Below are positions 63,008 to 64,000 of a stretch of 64,000 bases of DNA, piece after piece. A model generated the notes under the pieces. It worked only from the letters and a program-made list of their open reading frames with translations, ran no database searches and was not told where the DNA came from. The stretch lies in contig CAYPRM010000003.1 of assembly GCA_964413365.1 (NCBI GenBank), positions 857 to 64,856 of the forward strand, in the 5' to 3' direction. How positions within the stretch are numbered: position 1 is the stretch's first letter; every line of letters begins with the position of its first letter. Source of the DNA: an uncultured Lachnospiraceae bacterium. GTDB lineage: Bacteria; Bacillota; Clostridia; Oscillospirales; CAG-272. The position numbers were made by a program, and so were the translations under genes.

Positions 63008-64000
63008 ATGAGTAGAATATATATAAACGACGGCTGGCTCTTTGCTCCACAGTTCAAGGAGGGGTATCTTAACGGCGAGGTTGACGGGGATATGACGCAT
63101 GTCAGACTTCCCCACACCGTAAAGGAGCTTCCCTACAACTATTTTTCTGAAGAGGAATATCAGACTCTTTCCACCTATGTAAGGGTGATAAATGTCCCTG
63201 ACGAGTGGAAGGGCAAGCGCATCATACTCACCTTTGAGGGTGCGGCGCATTTTGCGGAGGTCTTTCTCAACGGTCATAGGATCGGCGAGCATCGCTCGGG
63301 CTACACCGCATTCAGCATCGAGCTGACGGAGCATCTCAATATCGGTGAGAGCAATATCCTTACTGTAAGGCTCGATTCCCGTGAGACGCTCAACCAGCCT
63401 CCCTTCGGTAACGTCATAGACTATATGACCTACGGAGGAATTTACAGAGATGTATATCTCGATATCAAGGAGAGCGTATATATTTCCGATGTATTCGTAA
63501 AGCCCGAGGTTACGGGCAAGATCGCAAGTGATGTAACCCTCAGCGGTGCTATTCCCGAGGGACTTGTCATACAGCAGACGGCGACCTTTGAGGACGAGGA
63601 GACTCTCGTGGTCAAGAAGGGCGTATATTCAAATACCGTTTCCCTTCACGGCTTCGTGAAGAACGTAAAGCTCTGGACACTGACGTCCCCGAGACTCTAC
63701 GAGGTAGTAACCGAGATATATCTCGATGAGAGGCTCATTGACTCGCACAGAGTCCGCGTCGGCTTCAGGAGTGCGCAGTTCAAAGAGGACGGCTTCTACC
63801 TCAACGGAAGAAAGACGAGGATCCGCGGACTCAATCGCCATCAGAGCTACCCCTACGTGGGCTATGCTATGCCTCAGTCGATGCAGGAGCTCGATGCGGA
63901 CATACTTAAGCATGAGCTCGGACTAAATGCCGTGAGAACGTCGCACTATCCGCAGTCCCAATACTTCATCGACCGCTGTGATGAGATCGGACTTCTCGTA
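63008..64000 (+). CDS. glycoside hydrolase family 2 (beta-galactosidase/beta-mannosidase/beta-glucuronidase family), N-terminal 331 codons; 3' end outside window
   Basis: This gene is not in the supplied track because it has no stop in the window. The ATG at 63008 follows ggagg. My own translation reads MSRIYINDGWLF...ILTFEGAAHFAEVFLNGHRIGEHRSGYTAF...NAVRTSHYPQSQYFIDRCDEIGLLV, with no stop through 64000. Confidence 0.85.
   Translation, partial: MSRIYINDGWLFAPQFKEGYLNGEVDGDMTHVRLPHTVKELPYNYFSEEEYQTLSTYVRVINVPDEWKGKRIILTFEGAAHFAEVFLNGHRIGEHRSGYTAFSIELTEHLNIGESNILTVRLDSRETLNQPPFGNVIDYMTYGGIYRDVYLDIKESVYISDVFVKPEVTGKIASDVTLSGAIPEGLVIQQTATFEDEETLVVKKGVYSNTVSLHGFVKNVKLWTLTSPRLYEVVTEIYLDERLIDSHRVRVGFRSAQFKEDGFYLNGRKTRIRGLNRHQSYPYVGYAMPQSMQELDADILKHELGLNAVRTSHYPQSQYFIDRCDEIGLLV

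Noticed and set aside
1-64000. Mobile elements, prophage, tRNA/rRNA genes and toxin-antitoxin or defence systems.
   Set aside because: I recognised no transposase, integrase, recombinase, terminal inverted repeats, tRNA cloverleaf candidates or defence-gene motifs during the pass. This absence is based on inspection by eye only.

Overview
This 64-kb window comes from a spore-forming anaerobic Firmicute, probably Clostridia-like, judging by dpaAB, anaerobic nrdDG and Gram-positive lipoboxes. GC is roughly 50% and genes are tightly packed. I recognised no rRNA or tRNA genes, no CRISPR array, and no transposase or integrase.

Layout, left to right:
- (1) 1-2.4 kb: tail of a phosphohexomutase gene, dipicolinate synthase dpaA/dpaB, and a cytidylate-kinase-like gene.
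- (2) 2.5-8.3 kb: a membrane protein, a LytTR response regulator, an AgrC-type kinase with no transmembrane region, and two ABC exporter half-transporters.
- (3) 8.4-15.6 kb: a compact Gram-positive type IV pilus (Com-like) operon on the minus strand. It has a near-consensus promoter and a structured leader.
- (4) 15.9-19 kb: a fused MacB-type ABC transporter and a zinc-ribbon membrane protein.
- (5) 19.1-23.9 kb: NrdR-box-controlled nrdD-nrdG, an HD hydrolase and an aldo/keto reductase.
- (6) 23.95-25.6 kb: a promoter, a roughly 200-nt highly structured RNA with its own terminator, then a BspA-type leucine-rich-repeat surface protein.
- (7) 25.6-49.8 kb: one long co-directional minus-strand gene string. 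Its upstream part is an alpha-mannan-type utilisation cassette (GH125, ABC importer, two GH76). Its downstream part has four elements:
  - a 1673-aa modular lipoprotein;
  - the System II cytochrome c maturation genes ccsB-ccsA;
  - a beta-propeller/di-haem peroxidase-like lipoprotein gene, split by a perfect 205-bp tandem duplication;
  - a 1221-aa lipoprotein that is propeller-like, carries two CXXCH motifs and ends in a discoidin domain.
- (8) 50-64 kb: a LacI regulator with a recurring candidate operator motif, GH38, a HAD phosphatase, a DUF4965-like protein, GH43, a mannose-6-P isomerase/ROK kinase fusion, and a GH2 gene running off the window edge that is absent from the ORF track.

The most unusual content is the haem-c maturation and CXXCH-lipoprotein module embedded in a Firmicute glycan-utilisation operon, together with the frame-breaking duplication inside it.

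Many long ORFs in the supplied track are antisense shadows of real genes and were rejected.
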